Positions 61,996 to 64,000 of a stretch of 64,000 nucleotides of DNA are shown here, piece after piece (positions within the stretch are counted from its first letter, which is position 1; every line of letters starts with the position of its first letter). The position numbers were made by a program, and so were the translations under genes. Below the pieces are notes generated by a model that did no database searches, was not told where the DNA came from, and saw only the letters and a list, made by a program, of their open reading frames with translations. Source of the DNA: Macrostomum lignano. Lineage: Eukaryota. The stretch covers positions 124,001 to 188,000 of the forward strand of contig NIVC01001129.1 in NCBI GenBank assembly GCA_002269645.1, given 5' to 3'.

Positions 61996-62400
61996 GGCCA
62001 ATTATTGGTGCACACAAGCCCCAAATGAACTTGGTGCTGGCGCCCCTGGTGCTGGCGCTCCTGGTGCTGGCGCCCCTGGTGCTGGCGCCCCTGGTGCTGG
62101 CGCCCCTGGTGCTGGCGCCCCTGGTGCTGGCGCCCCTGGTGCTGGCGCCCCTGGTGCTGGCGCCCCTGGTGCTAAAGCCACTGGTGCTAAAGCCACTGGT
62201 GCTAAAGCCACTGGTGCTAAAGCCACTGGTGCTAAAGCCACTGGTGCTAAAGCCACTGGTGCTAAAGCCACTGGTGCTAAAGCCACTGGTGCTAAAGCCA
62301 CTGGTGCTAAAGCCACTGGTGCTAAAGCCCCTGGTGCTGGCGCACCTAAATGAGTCTGAATTTTGGTTCGATTCGGTGCTTGTGTGCTCAAAAATTGGCC
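61996..62400. mobile_element. Small element with imperfect ~35-bp TIRs enclosing two adjacent 15-bp arrays
   Basis: ggccaattattggtgcacacaagccccaaatgaac vs rc of gttcgattcggtgcttgtgtgctcaaaaattggcc; interior (ggtgctggcgcccct)n then (ggtgctaaagccact)n; no clear TSD. Confidence 0.65.
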
Positions 62401-63171
62401 TTTGGGGTTGTCGTGCAATTCATGCACATGATGGCCAGCCTCCAAGGCACAGTGGGTGTTGCAGAGAGGATTAGAAATTGTCAAGGCCGCTGTAAACTCT
62501 GTATTTGCGCAACTGTAAAACAATTATTGGACAAATTATCAAAGCATCATACAGCGCAGGCAGTAACCCGTCTGTTCTTTTGCTATTGTCTTATTGACAT
62601 GATTTTTGCTAATTAAAATGTTACATGGCACGTACAGGTATTTAATAAATAATACATTTGAACAAGATAAAACCGATGCTTTTAAATCTGCATGCACAAC
62701 GTGTTCGCGCATCCACACAGCTTGCTGATCCTCTATTTGATGGAGCAACTGACCGGAAGCTTTCAGTTTTGTGGCTGCTGTTACTGCATTGTCGATCAGA
62801 CAAATATGAGCTAGAGATGAGAATTTATCGCGAGGAAGAAGTTGCCTTAGCTAGTTCAGAAGAAAATGAAGCAAGCAGTCAGTCATCATGGTGACAGGAT
62901 GCTTGCTTTTCTTGAAAAACTTATCTAAAAGGCGCCCTAATGGATCCACACGCAGTTTAATGGGCAAACAAAGTTTGCTCGCTAACTGAAAGCTAGCTAA
63001 CTTTTAAGCGTTTTAGTGTTCTGAATGGCTTCCGCTGACTGATGGACGGCTAGATATGACAAACCGGAGAGATTGGAAGACAATTTTGCTACTTTTGAGC
63101 ATTCACGATTGCATAGGAGTTTAGTTACTCCAGTATCCTGAGAAACTGGTGCGAAGTTTGTACTCACACTC

Positions 63172-63370
<199 letters not shown>

Positions 63371-63389
63371 ATTATATTTCATTCACACC

Positions 63390-63570
63390 AATGAGGGCCA
63401 GCCCCCCAAGGCACAGAGAGTGCACATGCCTGACGATTAGAAAGTCAGGGCCGCTGTACACCTACATACTGCTTGAATACGGTATTGCGCGCTTGCATAT
63501 GCTTGGCAGTCAGCAGAATGGGCAGACTCGCATCAGAGCTGGTTGAGGGACGATTTTGCTGAAGGCGCTG
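63390..63570 (+). mobile_element. Related SINE-like body copy
   Basis: tgagggccagccccccaaggcacag...catgcctgacgattagaaagtcagggccgctgtacac...gtcagcagaatgggcag. Confidence 0.7.
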
Positions 63571-64000
63571 CACCTGGGAACTCACAGCTCTCGTGTGTGG
63601 TAACTGAGACAGAGGCCGTGTTTGCTGTAGCCGAAAATCTTACACTCTCGCCGCGCTGGGCACACATCTATATATTTAGAGCTTGAATTGGGTTGGCGGC
63701 ACCCACCCGCTCTGCAGCCCATCAGACCGCCCGGGCGTACACGTTGGGCTAACATACCGTGCGTACGCACACTACATCTCTCCCCCTTTGAATAGAGACT
63801 TCGAGAGAAGAAAATCGATTTATACGCAACTCGAAAATACAAAACTCAAAAGATTCACCGATGCTGCGCATTGAAAACGGAGATATAAATATTGAGGAAA
63901 TAAAATACTTAAATCGAATGCAGCAGCGACAATGCTTTAAAAAACTTCAGTCCGCATATTTCAAAATTCAAAATTCAGTGCTTGAAGATTTTCACGCCCC

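Noticed and set aside
61934-62353. GAPGAGAP/GAKAT ORF resembling collagen or silk
   Set aside because: Five-residue period with no Gly-X-Y register; perfect DNA repeat enclosed by TIRs.

Overview
Eukaryotic (invertebrate animal) genomic DNA. The style suggests the flatworm Macrostomum, but that is my inference from GC-rich, CAG-rich exons and introns stuffed with private minisatellites; I could not verify it. Hand splicing (GT-AG, phase-checked) gives four protein genes. (1) The 3' ~1,266 codons of a RIM/UNC-10 active-zone gene on + (15 exons, 1399-19728): end of the Zn finger, polyQ, PDZ, C2A, RQLPQLP motif and C2B. (2) A 3-exon, ~908-aa secreted protein on - (26966-22908): signal peptide, MIDAS-intact VWA, long coiled coil and two tandem copies of a ~200-aa domain I cannot name. 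(3, 4) Two divergently oriented paralogous secreted F-type-lectin + PAN/apple-like genes (39679-28302 on -, 55241-59297 on +) with the same exon structure and a non-canonical sugar-binding motif. The rest is dense repeat DNA: more than 25 tandem arrays, including a ~9-kb higher-order satellite inside a lectin intron. There are also hAT-like MITEs and other TIR elements carrying tandem arrays, a mini-Tc1, mariner and LINE RT relics, a tRNA-derived SINE family and a ~10-kb mosaic of duplicated blocks. Most ORF-track ORFs are artefacts of the repeats.
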